Positions 17,616 to 26,991 of a DNA stretch of 64,000 nt are shown piece by piece. Source of the DNA: Opitutaceae bacterium (GTDB lineage Bacteria; Verrucomicrobiota; Verrucomicrobiia; Opitutales; Coraliomargaritaceae); contig JBPOFY010000005.1 in the NCBI GenBank assembly GCA_051252375.1, positions 32,001 to 96,000 on the forward strand, read 5' to 3'. Numbering within the stretch: position 1 is the first letter of the stretch; each line of letters opens with the position of its first letter. The notes under the pieces were generated by a model. That model ran no database searches. It was not told the DNA's origin and saw only the letters and a program-made list of their open reading frames with translations. A program made the position numbers and the translations under genes.

Positions 17616-18521
17616 ATGTATAAAAATATCACTGTTTGCCTCGATCTCAGCGACAAGGATGAAGCCTTAATCGCATTTGCGATCTACTTAAAAGAATTGT
17701 ATAAGCCCAAGAGCTTGACGCTGCTCCACGGAGCGCACCTGTCCTACCTGCCCGAGACGATTAAGCGTAAATATATGACGGATGTCGCCGTCGCTAAATT
17801 AAAGACCCGAATACGTGCTGAAATTGCAGCTAAGGTCGACTCAATCCAAGATTTCTATCCGCATATTAAAATTCTCGATGGAAACCCTCGAAAAGAGATT
17901 CTTGAGTGGGTCAACACACACGACTCGGATTTAGTCGTCGTCGGAAAAAGTAGCGCCGCTCATGCCTCCTGTGCACTCGCTAAAAAGCTTACGCGGGAGT
18001 GTGAGGCTTCAGTGCTACTGGTTCCTCAGGGTGCAACGGCGAAATTCAGCAGCGTGCTGTGTCCGGTCGATTTTTCCAAAGATGCTGACGATGCGATCAC
18101 AGTTGCCTGTGAAATTGGTAAGGCTGCTGGAGCTGATTCTCTGGAGATCTTTCATCTCTACTATCACCCCATATACCAGTATGGCGAGGAAATGGCGCTC
18201 AATTATAATTTCGAGTGGAACTACGGGACTTTTAATAGCGAATTGGCCGAGTATTCCGAGGGGCAATTACAGCAACGGCGTGAGCGCACAGTCGTGCAGC
18301 AGTCGGGAATGAAGATCTCCACTAAAGTTGAAGGTGGCTTTGATATACCCTCAGCAATTGAATGTCGCGCGACCAAGTGCGAAGCGGATCTGTGTGTCGT
18401 CGGGCAATGCGATCGTAGTGGTTTGGATGCCTTCTTTTTGGGCAACAATGCGGAAACGCTCATGCACACGCTTAACGTGCCACTTTTGATTGTCGGAGAA
18501 AAATTTCACAAGGCGGGGTAG
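17616..18521 (+). CDS. Tandem-domain universal stress protein
   Basis: MYKNITVCLDLS; second domain VLCPVDFS...FFLGNNAETLMHTLNVPLLIV. Confidence 0.88.
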   Translation: MYKNITVCLDLSDKDEALIAFAIYLKELYKPKSLTLLHGAHLSYLPETIKRKYMTDVAVAKLKTRIRAEIAAKVDSIQDFYPHIKILDGNPRKEILEWVNTHDSDLVVVGKSSAAHASCALAKKLTRECEASVLLVPQGATAKFSSVLCPVDFSKDADDAITVACEIGKAAGADSLEIFHLYYHPIYQYGEEMALNYNFEWNYGTFNSELAEYSEGQLQQRRERTVVQQSGMKISTKVEGGFDIPSAIECRATKCEADLCVVGQCDRSGLDAFFLGNNAETLMHTLNVPLLIVGEKFHKAG

Positions 18522-18602
18522 GCGTCTCGGTCGGCGAGTGTCGGTCCGAAGGGATCACTCTTTTTTAACTCAATAACATGTTCGTAGGATTCGAACTTTT
18601 CC

Positions 18603-19574
18603 ATGTCATCAGACTATAAGGACTATTACGCAGTGCTAGGTGTCGAAAAAACGGCCTCGCAAGACGCGATCAAAAAAGGCTTCCGTAAGCTCGCGCGAAA
18701 GTTTCACCCCGATGTGACGGATAGTTTTAATCAGGCAGCTTCCGACGCTAAATTTAAAGAGGCAAATGAGGCTTACGAAGTCTTGGGCGATCCGGAAAAA
18801 CGCAAACGCTATGACACACTGGGTGCCAACTGGCAGCAAGCGGGACCCCAAGCTTCTGGAGCAGGAGTGCATCCTGGAGGCGGGCAGTCACGCACCGCAG
18901 AGGAGTTTAATTTCAGCGGCACAGGCTTCAGTGATTTCTTCGAACAATATTTTGCCGGAGGTGAGGGCGCGCGCCGTGGAGGCTTCGCCAATCAGGGGCG
19001 TTCTGCCCACGATTTTTCCAGACGTGGAAACGATGTGGAAGCTGAAATATCCGTTAGCTTCGAAGAAGTGGTGCAGGGGGCGAATCGGGATATTTCCCTG
19101 GTGAAAACGGACTCGGCTACGAGGCAGGAGACGACACATCGTTACCAAGTGAAAATTCCAAAAGGTATTAAGGAAGGGCAGCGCATCCGCCTTGCGGGGC
19201 AAGGCGAGGCTGGCACGGGCACGGGGGCGGCGGGCGATCTGTTCTTGCGTGTGCGCTACCTCCGACATCCTTTTCTCCGGAATGAAAATGAGAAGCTCTA
19301 TTACGATCTCGAACTCGCCCCTTGGGAGGCAGTGCTCGGCACTGCAATTGATATTCGTGTATTGGACGCAACAGTGAAGGTGAAGATTCCTTCGTGCAGT
19401 CAGAACCGCCAGCAGTTGCGGTTGCGCGGTCTCGGGCTGCCGGACAAAGCAGGCGTGCGAGGTGATTTATATGTCAATCTATTGATCGAGTTACCCAAGT
19501 CAGCGGATGCTGAAGAGCTGAAGCACTGGGAAGCCCTTTCAAATTCCAGTAAGTTCAAACCAAGAGGCGACTAA
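18603..19574 (+). CDS. cbpA: DnaJ-class co-chaperone CbpA (no Zn finger)
   Basis: J-domain with HPD, G/F-rich FSDFFE, DnaJ_C domain with LAPWEAVLG; followed by a CbpM-like gene. Confidence 0.9.
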   Translation: MSSDYKDYYAVLGVEKTASQDAIKKGFRKLARKFHPDVTDSFNQAASDAKFKEANEAYEVLGDPEKRKRYDTLGANWQQAGPQASGAGVHPGGGQSRTAEEFNFSGTGFSDFFEQYFAGGEGARRGGFANQGRSAHDFSRRGNDVEAEISVSFEEVVQGANRDISLVKTDSATRQETTHRYQVKIPKGIKEGQRIRLAGQGEAGTGTGAAGDLFLRVRYLRHPFLRNENEKLYYDLELAPWEAVLGTAIDIRVLDATVKVKIPSCSQNRQQLRLRGLGLPDKAGVRGDLYVNLLIELPKSADAEELKHWEALSNSSKFKPRGD

Positions 19575-19577
19575 ATC

Positions 19578-19892
19578 ATGAGATATCAAATCACAGTGCA
19601 GTCCAAGACCACCGTCCACCCCAACACACTCTATGATCATCAAGCTGCGGCGCAGTTCGCCGGAGTGAGTGTGCGTGAGTTTCTCATTTACTGGAATCAC
19701 CACATCATTCAGCCAGCCATGAACACTGGTCGTTATGGCATCTTTTTTAACGACGAAGCGATCTTCATCGTGCGCAAAGCCGAGCAAATCAAGCGCGATT
19801 TGGGTGTGAGTGATGCCGGTGTCCGCGCCGTTCTGCTGCTGCAAAAACGTATTGAGGAGCTAACCGCTGAAGTTCGGTTCTTAAGGAATTGA
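19578..19892 (+). CDS. CbpM-like chaperone modulator (MerR-like fold)
   Basis: 104 aa directly after cbpA; IKRDLGVSDAGVRAVLLLQKRIEEL. Confidence 0.78.
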   Translation: MRYQITVQSKTTVHPNTLYDHQAAAQFAGVSVREFLIYWNHHIIQPAMNTGRYGIFFNDEAIFIVRKAEQIKRDLGVSDAGVRAVLLLQKRIEELTAEVRFLRN

Positions 19893-19904
19893 ATTTTCAG
19901 GTCG

Positions 19905-20480
19905 TTATTTGCGTTTTCCGAACTGCTTAAATGTATTTCCGAAAAGGCGACGCTTTGGATGAATGTCAGGACCCTCGTAAACGCTTTTCACGTCGGACAC
20001 CGAATAGATTGCCGCCTCATCAAGCTTCTTAATTGAATGAATCAGCGCAGGAACGTTGCGCCTTTTTTCAATAATCAGCAGCAACTCCACCGGATGGGCT
20101 TCGCCCATATCGCCATCAAAGGAGACGACTTTATACCCGTCTTCGCGTAGTTCATCTGCGAGGACATCACGATTAAACGAGATGCAGCGGACAAGTTCAT
20201 CACCGATCGCAAAGTAGTTCTCAATCGTAATGCCGACATAGTTCCCCACAGCAAAACCACTCGCATAAGCCAATGCGAGATACCACTGATCAATGTTGTT
20301 TAAGACCTGGGCTGCTGCGGCTAACCAGATGATGATCTCAAAAAAGCCAATAAAGGAGGCTAAGAGCTTGCGGCCACGAAAGACAACAATTGTTCGAAAA
20401 GTCGCCAGCGAAACGTCTGCAACTCTGGCAAAAAAGATGAGCGGCACTAACAGATACGGGTAATCTAGAAACAATTCCAT
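19905..20480 (-). CDS. UPF0316 / DUF5698-DUF2179-like membrane protein
   Basis: IFFARVADVSLATFRTI, GFFEIIIW, YASGFAVGNYVG. Confidence 0.82.
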   Translation of the reverse strand: MELFLDYPYLLVPLIFFARVADVSLATFRTIVVFRGRKLLASFIGFFEIIIWLAAAAQVLNNIDQWYLALAYASGFAVGNYVGITIENYFAIGDELVRCISFNRDVLADELREDGYKVVSFDGDMGEAHPVELLLIIEKRRNVPALIHSIKKLDEAAIYSVSDVKSVYEGPDIHPKRRLFGNTFKQFGKRK

Positions 20481-20685
20481 TGATACTCATCCATAATTGA
20501 AGGAATGAGTGCAAGGGCTTAGAAGCTCCGCCAAGGTCATACTTGAAGTATCCGTATTGGGTATATTTCCTTAAGTCCTAGTCTACCATAACGGATAAGC
20601 CTCAGAATGAAATTTGATTACGGTATGACCGGGTGCCAGTTAACTCTAGAAGTATGTATTATGTGGGGTGTTTCTGCACAACCAG

Positions 20686-21615
20686 TTAGAGCGGTTTGGT
20701 CGGCCACAACAGATACAAGTAAAGTCCGTATATAGCCAAGAAAACGCAGCCTTCTACTCGTGAAATAGATCGCTGGCTGTAAGCGAATGGTAGTAAGAGA
20801 ATACTTAGCCCCAACATAAAGGCGGCATCTCTCATCCCGATGTTCCCGATTACGATTGGGTGAATTGAGGCAGTGAGACCTAGTATACCGAGAATGTTGA
20901 ATATATTTGATCCGACGATCGTCCCAATCGCTACATCAGACTGCTTTTTGATTGCCGCCACTAGACTGGTGGCAAGCTCTGGCAGGCTGGTTCCGGCTGC
21001 CACAATGGTCAGCCCAATGACTGCCTCCGAAACTCCAAAACTACGCGCCAAAGCGACTGATCCAGCCACAAAAAGGTTGGACCCCAAGATTAAGACTGCA
21101 AGACCAGCAGCGATCAGAACGCCATAGATCCAAACGGGCGACCGCTCTTTCGAAGTGGTTTCTGGCTCTCCAGTTGGTTGGCTCCGGGCTGCTCGGATTG
21201 AGAAGACAATGTAGGCGCATAATCCGAGAAAGAGAATGATTCCGGCGAGCAGTGGTATCTGACCATAGGCGATAAAGCCCACCCCGATGACCGTGACGCA
21301 AATCATGAGGGGAATCTCGCGCCGGATGAGGTCGATATGAACACTCGGTGGGCGAATCAATGCCGTGATTCCTAAAATCACGGCGATGTTGAAAATATTC
21401 GATCCAATCACATTGCCCAGAGCGACATCGCTTGCGCCCTTGAATGCCGCGGAGATACTGACGATCAACTCAGGAGCACTCGTTCCAAAGGCCACAATGG
21501 TAAGACCAATGATCAGGGGTGGAATCCCGAAATGCGCAGCAAGACGCGAACTTCCCCGGACTAAGCTTTCCGATCCAAGGTAAAGCAGTAAAATCCCCGC
21601 GACGATTGAGAGCAT
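20686..21615 (-). CDS. Calcium/sodium antiporter (YrbG family)
   Basis: Two alpha repeats GTSAPE..GNVIGSNIFN and GTSLPE..GSNIFN. Confidence 0.92.
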   Translation of the reverse strand: MLSIVAGILLLYLGSESLVRGSSRLAAHFGIPPLIIGLTIVAFGTSAPELIVSISAAFKGASDVALGNVIGSNIFNIAVILGITALIRPPSVHIDLIRREIPLMICVTVIGVGFIAYGQIPLLAGIILFLGLCAYIVFSIRAARSQPTGEPETTSKERSPVWIYGVLIAAGLAVLILGSNLFVAGSVALARSFGVSEAVIGLTIVAAGTSLPELATSLVAAIKKQSDVAIGTIVGSNIFNILGILGLTASIHPIVIGNIGMRDAAFMLGLSILLLPFAYSQRSISRVEGCVFLAIYGLYLYLLWPTKPL

Positions 21616-21654
21616 AATGTTTGATTATTAGACGCTAAGTGACTTCTGCCGGAA

Positions 21655-21716
21655 GGTAGCCGGAGCTTCCAGCTCCGGGAGTAGTCGTGAAACGGGAGCA
21701 GGATGCTCCCGCTACT
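21655..21716. repeat. GTAG-type REP doublet
   Basis: GTAGCCGGAGC..GCTCCGG ... CGGGAGC..GCTCCCGCTAC. Confidence 0.75.
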
Positions 21717-21846
21717 TTTTCTTCAATGGCACTGCGGTGGTCTTTTTGCTATCGATCACGCGCTGCTTTTCTTTGTTCGCGGCGTTGGTTTTGCCCTGTT
21801 TTTGGTTTTGATTCTTCTGTTTGGATTTTGGTGATTTGTCGCCCAT
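21712..21846 (-). CDS. Unannotated 44-aa Lys/Gln-rich basic protein
   Basis: Manual translation MGDKSPKSKQKNQNQKQGKTNAANKEKQRVIDSKKTTAVPLKKK*; below the ORF-track size cut-off; preceded by an A/C-rich leader like other genes here. Confidence 0.65.
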   Translation of the reverse strand: MGDKSPKSKQKNQNQKQGKTNAANKEKQRVIDSKKTTAVPLKKK

Positions 21847-21899
21847 GGGATTGATTGGTTTTGGTTATGTGGTTCGCGGAGTGTCTTTGAACCTATGGT

Positions 21900-22096
21900 G
21901 TGTAGTTGAAATGGTATGACATCTATTTTCGATTCCGGCAGGTCATAGACCGTATGTAGGGAAGTAATCGCTGCGACATAGCAGTCGGCTTCAGGCGCGG
22001 TCTGCGGAATTGTCTGATAAAGGTCGCAATGCCGCACATCCGCGGCACAAAGTTCCCGAGAAAGGCGATTCTTTCAGGAGCAACAGGCGTGTTCAA
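21900..22096 (-). pseudogene. N-terminal remnant of a GT4-type glycosyltransferase
   Basis: TTG start after AAGGGG gives ..PERIAFLGNFVPRMCGIATF; a shifted frame continues DLYQTIPQTAPEADCYVAAI..YDLPE; then truncated. Confidence 0.6.
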
Positions 22097-22244
22097 TGAC
22101 ACCCCTTAATAATATTTATCATTAATCAGGAGACGACGGTTGCGTAAAATTAGCAAATAGAATCAGAGGTGAATACGCAGATCGCTGAGTGCTAAACGTA
22201 GTCTACGTATTGCGGACGCGTAAAACGCGTCCCTCCAGCGACCG

Positions 22245-22301
22245 CTACAGCTCGCCTGCGATGTCTTCGAACGAGTAGCTCCAGATGTCGGAAAAGCAGG
22301 G
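22245..22301 (-). pseudogene. Duplicated 3' end (19 codons) of the oxidoreductase gene at 24112-25491
   Basis: Encodes PCFSDIWSYSFEDIAGEL* versus PTLSEIWSYPLEDIADEL*; 45/57 nt identical to 24112-24168 by hand count. Confidence 0.8.
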
Positions 22302-22319
22302 TTATGCGCTTTTCTTCTC

Positions 22320-23234
22320 CTAAGGCTTCTTGAGTAGCTTTTTAGGGTAGCGACCGGGGAAGGTGAGTTCGGCAATTGCTGATTTGTCGAGCTCTCCGAG
22401 GCCTGCTTTTTCGAGCAAGGTGTATTGTGCTTTAGTCGCTTTTGCTAAGGGAAGCGAAACGTTCAACTCTTTGGCGAGTTTGAGTGCGATTCCAGTATCC
22501 TTTGCGGCGTGTGCTGCTGAGAAGTAGCAATCGTGATCGCGGGTGAGCATGTCCGCCGCATCGGTTTCGAGCACACGGCTATTGGCGCCTGTTTGGCTGA
22601 ATACTTTACAAAGTAATTCGAGATCTAGGCCGAGTGCTTTGCCTAAGCCGAGACCTTCGGCGAGCGCACCTGTGTTGATATTCATCACCATGTTGACGAG
22701 TGCTTTCACTTTCGCGGCGCTGCCACTTTCGCCGATATGGATTAGGTCTTTGCTGAGGTTTCGGAGGAGTGGGCGTGCCTTGCGAAAGGCTTCGTCACTA
22801 CCGCCAACCATTAGGTAAAGCGTGCCGTCGCGTGCCTGTGTAATAGAAGATGCCATGCATGCCTCCAAGCTCTCGGCGCCGACTTTGTTCGCGAGGGCTT
22901 CAATCTCAATGTGTGTCTTCGGGCTGACGGTCGCGCAGTTAATGAATAGTTTGCCTTCCGCGTTTGTAAGTAGGTTGTCCTTCTGTCCTTGATATATATT
23001 ACGCATCGCGGCGTCATCGCTGACCACGGTAATGATTACTTTTGAGCATGCGGTGACATCAGCCAGTTTAGTCGCTGCGGAGCAGCCGAGTTCTTTGGCG
23101 AGTGTGCGTGCGGCAATTTGGTTCGTGTCGTAGACAGCGCTAATCGTGTAGCCACAATCGTGTAAACGACGTGCCATGTTGGCTCCCATCCGGCCGACGC
23201 CGACGACTCCAATTTTCGAGCGTTTACTTATCAT
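22320..23234 (-). CDS. NAD(P)-dependent beta-hydroxyacid dehydrogenase (3-hydroxyisobutyrate dehydrogenase family)
   Basis: GVVGVGRMGANMARRL Rossmann motif, KVKALVNMV catalytic Lys region, AAKD. Confidence 0.88.
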   Translation of the reverse strand: MISKRSKIGVVGVGRMGANMARRLHDCGYTISAVYDTNQIAARTLAKELGCSAATKLADVTACSKVIITVVSDDAAMRNIYQGQKDNLLTNAEGKLFINCATVSPKTHIEIEALANKVGAESLEACMASSITQARDGTLYLMVGGSDEAFRKARPLLRNLSKDLIHIGESGSAAKVKALVNMVMNINTGALAEGLGLGKALGLDLELLCKVFSQTGANSRVLETDAADMLTRDHDCYFSAAHAAKDTGIALKLAKELNVSLPLAKATKAQYTLLEKAGLGELDKSAIAELTFPGRYPKKLLKKP

Positions 23235-23251
23235 TTTAACGAAGAGTTATG

Positions 23252-24094
23252 TTATTTGAATTCAGGGAAGAAAGGGTTGCGCGATTTTTCTTCGCCGACA
23301 GTCGTGCATGGTCCGTGTCCTGGACAGAGCACGGTTTCATCTGGCAGGCTGAGTAAGTGATCGCGGTTGTTTTTGAGCGCTTGCGTGTAGGTCGCTTCAG
23401 TTTTTGTGCCACCTTGTGACAGGCAGAATAATGAATCGCCGCATATAGCGACACGACGCTCTAATCCTTTGATAAGATAGCTGGTGCCGCCGGGGGAGTG
23501 TCCGTTTGTGAGGCGTGCCTCGATGTGCAATCCAGCAATCTCAAATGTGTCGGCGTGGTTTACAGGTGTGGCACTTGCATATGGTTCGAGGGCGGGCGCG
23601 AAGGTTTGGATATCCGTGTGGGCAGCGAGCAACGCATCACAGGCTGCAATGTGATCCGGATGCGTGTGTGTGATGAAGAGTGCTTTTATGTCTAGTCCTA
23701 GGTTTTTCGCCACCGCTAGCATTGCATCTACATTTGCGCCGGTGTCGAAAGCGATGGCTTCATTACGTGCTGGGCTCTTAACTAAGAAACTATTCACCGT
23801 CATCTCCTCGTAGCCAGGCACGGGGAAGGGTGTGTTGTAGCCATATAATCCAGTGATCTCTATGGCGTTTGGTTGCCAGATTTGTTGTGCCATTGCGACC
23901 AACGCATCGGTTGCTAAATGTAGCACTGGCGCGACCGCGCGTAGGTGAGCTTCGTGAAAAGTGCCGTCGAGTAATTCTGCGACTTCGTCGTGCGTGAGTC
24001 CTGCCGCATCGGCGAGTGCTTGTTTGCCAAGTCCTAAGCCTGTGGCGGCTTTCATTAGGACATCTTCGAAATTGTCTTCAATGCGTATCGGCAT
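23252..24094 (-). CDS. MBL-fold metallo-hydrolase with N-terminal HTH-like extension
   Basis: THTHPDH, GHSPG, GDSLF, PGHG..TTVGEEK..NPF; first ~70 aa helical and Xre-like. Confidence 0.85.
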   Translation of the reverse strand: MPIRIEDNFEDVLMKAATGLGLGKQALADAAGLTHDEVAELLDGTFHEAHLRAVAPVLHLATDALVAMAQQIWQPNAIEITGLYGYNTPFPVPGYEEMTVNSFLVKSPARNEAIAFDTGANVDAMLAVAKNLGLDIKALFITHTHPDHIAACDALLAAHTDIQTFAPALEPYASATPVNHADTFEIAGLHIEARLTNGHSPGGTSYLIKGLERRVAICGDSLFCLSQGGTKTEATYTQALKNNRDHLLSLPDETVLCPGHGPCTTVGEEKSRNPFFPEFK

Positions 24095-24111
24095 AATCGG
24101 GCGTTTTTAGG

Positions 24112-25491
24112 TTAGAGTTCGTCTGCGATGTCTTCGAGCGGGTAGCTCCAGATCTCGGAGAGAGTGGGGTGATACCAGTGGACTTTGAGTAGGTCGCGGA
24201 CGTTGGCCTTAAGGCTGACAGCGACAGCCATGGCGTGGATCAGTTCGCCGGCATCTTTGCCGACGCATTCTGCGCCTAGGACGATGCCTTGTTTGTCAGC
24301 CACTACTTTGACGTAGCCGTATTTGGCTTCCATTAGAATCGATTTGCCGTGGTCATCGAAAGGGTAGTCGGCGACGAGGTATTGGATGCCGCGCTCTTTA
24401 AGTTGGGTTTCGCTGAGACCAACGGTGCCGATTTGTGGATCGGTGAAGACGACGCCGCAAAGTGTGTCGTAGTCCACGCGTTCAGCGGTGCGACCTGTGG
24501 CGTCTTTGGCGGCCACTTCGCCCTGCATGATGGCGACATGCACGATCTCATGCGGTCCGGCGACATCGCCACAGGCATAGACGCGCGGGTTGCTGGTGCG
24601 CTGCATAGCGTTGCAATTGATGTGTCCGCTAGGGAGTGTGCTGATGCCGGCTGCGGTCAGCCCGAGACCGTCAGTTGCGGGGCGTCGACCGAGTGCGTTC
24701 AATAGGTGTGGTGCTTCGACGGTGTGGACTTTTCCGTTTTGTTCGAAAGTGACGGTGAACTTGTCGTTCAGGTGGTGGACGCGCTTCAGCTTCGTTCCGG
24801 TATGGAGTTGAATGCCTTCATCGCGGAATTTCTGTTCGATCACGGTCGCGGCTTCGCTGGAAACTTCCTTGAGGATGTGTGGGCTACGTTGGATTTGGAT
24901 GACCTCGGTGCCGATCCGGCTTAGGAATTGTGCGAGCTCGCAAGCGACGATGCCGCCACCGAGCACAATGATCTTTTCAGGTTTGAAATCGAGGTCGAGC
25001 ACGTTGTCGCTAGTCCAAAATGGAACATTGTCGAGACCTGGCACTGGCGGAACGGATACGACGGAGCCGGTTGCGATCATGAAGTGATCTGCGGTGAGTT
25101 GGTCGCCGTTGTCGAGTTGGATAGTGCGTGAGTTGACGAAACGTGCGCGATTGCGAAAGAGTGTGAAGCGGTCGCTTTCGAGCTGCTCTTGTCGGTATTC
25201 GGCGAATTCTTGAATCGTCTTTAGTTTGCGCGCATGCAGCGCCTGCATGTCGACTGTGGCTTTGGGTATATTCAATCCGAAAGCTTTTCCTTGTTGGGCG
25301 AGGTGTAACACTTCCGCGGAGTAGATAAGCGTTTTCGAGGGCATGCAGCCCTTGAGGATACAGAGTCCGCCGAGTTCGGGCGCGTTGTCGATGATGGCGA
25401 CATTATCAAGTGTCTCACGGGCGGTGCGGGCTGCTGCGTAGCCGCCGCTGCCGCCTCCGATGACGATATAATCAAAATGTTTTGTGCTCAT
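24112..25491 (-). CDS. Pyridine nucleotide-disulfide oxidoreductase (dihydrolipoamide dehydrogenase / MerA-like family)
   Basis: GGGSGG, GGLCILKGCMPSK redox disulfide, GGGIVACE, YHPTLSE. Confidence 0.9.
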   Translation of the reverse strand: MSTKHFDYIVIGGGSGGYAAARTARETLDNVAIIDNAPELGGLCILKGCMPSKTLIYSAEVLHLAQQGKAFGLNIPKATVDMQALHARKLKTIQEFAEYRQEQLESDRFTLFRNRARFVNSRTIQLDNGDQLTADHFMIATGSVVSVPPVPGLDNVPFWTSDNVLDLDFKPEKIIVLGGGIVACELAQFLSRIGTEVIQIQRSPHILKEVSSEAATVIEQKFRDEGIQLHTGTKLKRVHHLNDKFTVTFEQNGKVHTVEAPHLLNALGRRPATDGLGLTAAGISTLPSGHINCNAMQRTSNPRVYACGDVAGPHEIVHVAIMQGEVAAKDATGRTAERVDYDTLCGVVFTDPQIGTVGLSETQLKERGIQYLVADYPFDDHGKSILMEAKYGYVKVVADKQGIVLGAECVGKDAGELIHAMAVAVSLKANVRDLLKVHWYHPTLSEIWSYPLEDIADEL

Positions 25492-25518
25492 GTGTAATAG
25501 AAGTTCTGTCGGATGATT

Positions 25519-26991
25519 TTATTTCTCAGTTTCTTTGTATTCGTCGGTGAAAAAGGGGACGTTGCGTTCTGCTTCAGGTGAGACGAGTGACGGGCGGGCG
25601 ACCGCATCGACTTCATCCACCTTACTTCGGCTTAAAGCAGCCCAGCGCAGCGCGCTGAAAATAATGGTGAAGAAACTGATGAAAACCGCTGGAGACATAA
25701 ACGGAGTGTCGAGAAACGCGAGAACTGCCACGCCAGCGCAACCAATTAGTAGGTGGTTTGTTAGGAGCACTTCCCATTTACTAATGACATACTGAAACAG
25801 CAATATGCCGAGAATGACTACAGGCACTACAGTCCCTACGATGCCTACTTCGGCGAAGAGCTGTAAGACATCGGAAGCCGCCCGATCATAACGAGCCCCT
25901 AGTAGCGTGTCATCTAGGTAAAAAGGTGCGAGCTGTGCAAAGCTGTCCATTCCCCAGCCGAATATCGGACTGCTTTGGAACATGTCCAGCGCTGCTTGGT
26001 GCAATGCTTTGGCGGACTCAGCATGAGGATCACTTTGAAAGCATCGGAAAATACTGGTGGCGAAAGCAATCGAAGCGAGCAGTCCGCATAACGCAGCGAT
26101 GGCACTGCGATGCGGGTCTTTGGATTGTTTTACAAAATGAGCGGCGACCAATAGCAGCATAATAGAAAAGCAAATTAACAGCGTCACTGCCGGCCAACGT
26201 GCCTCAATTATGAAGCCAGATCCACCCAGTAGAACGGCTCCGGTAAGATACCATGGTCCGGTTGATTCTATGAAGTTTGGACTGTCGTCATAACGAGTAG
26301 AGAGCAAAGTTATGCTGGTGCAGACGCCGCACCATATAATTGCAAATGCTGCCCAATGCCCATCATAGGGAAAGAAGCTAAAGAAATCGCTGGCACCTGT
26401 GCCCTTGGTGAAAAGCGGGTTCTGAAAGTTCAGCGTTTTTTGAATATACCCAAAAATACCAGTCAGCACTGCGCTGAAACAGAGCCAGGGGAGCAACTTT
26501 TCAAAGAACGCGCGCGATTTTGGAATCAGGTAAAGGTTCAGTGTGGTTAAATACATTGCGCAATAGCTGAGCACCGTGACCCAAGTTGTAGAGGTTGCCG
26601 TGCTCACGGGGAGCCAATTGTTGACAGGTTGAATCGTTAAGTAATCAACCTCTCCGATTGTCATGGGTTGCAATGGGTTTTGTAGCATCCCGACAGCAAA
26701 TAGCAGGATAAAACTCCAGATCGGTGAGCTGTAGAGCCAAAATTTAGGCCACAGTGTATCGATGAAGAAAGGGTGCGTTCGCTCGTGCGTTTTTAGGATG
26801 AAAGGACACATCCCGCCGATAATCATGAGGAAGCCTAGGCCCCAAAATGAGCGTGGGTCAGCGAGCCAAAAAGTGACTGTGGTCGTGAGGATGATGACGG
26901 CACACAATTGCGCTTCGGCTGGCGTAAAGGTGTCGCGAAGCAATTTGTCGCGAGGCAGCAATTTAGGTTCTGTTTTTTCCTGTTGATTCAT
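25519..26991 (-). CDS. O-antigen ligase-like polytopic membrane protein
   Basis: Many TM segments; PIFGWGMDSF..LQLFAEVGIVG Wzy_C-like region; ATGA overlap with the upstream DJ-1 gene. Confidence 0.7.
   Translation of the reverse strand: MNQQEKTEPKLLPRDKLLRDTFTPAEAQLCAVIILTTTVTFWLADPRSFWGLGFLMIIGGMCPFILKTHERTHPFFIDTLWPKFWLYSSPIWSFILLFAVGMLQNPLQPMTIGEVDYLTIQPVNNWLPVSTATSTTWVTVLSYCAMYLTTLNLYLIPKSRAFFEKLLPWLCFSAVLTGIFGYIQKTLNFQNPLFTKGTGASDFFSFFPYDGHWAAFAIIWCGVCTSITLLSTRYDDSPNFIESTGPWYLTGAVLLGGSGFIIEARWPAVTLLICFSIMLLLVAAHFVKQSKDPHRSAIAALCGLLASIAFATSIFRCFQSDPHAESAKALHQAALDMFQSSPIFGWGMDSFAQLAPFYLDDTLLGARYDRAASDVLQLFAEVGIVGTVVPVVILGILLFQYVISKWEVLLTNHLLIGCAGVAVLAFLDTPFMSPAVFISFFTIIFSALRWAALSRSKVDEVDAVARPSLVSPEAERNVPFFTDEYKETEK

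Noticed and set aside
21756..22037. 93-aa ORF as a real gene
   Set aside because: Its first half is the shifted frame of the glycosyltransferase relic, and its second half overlaps the better 44-aa ORF out of frame.
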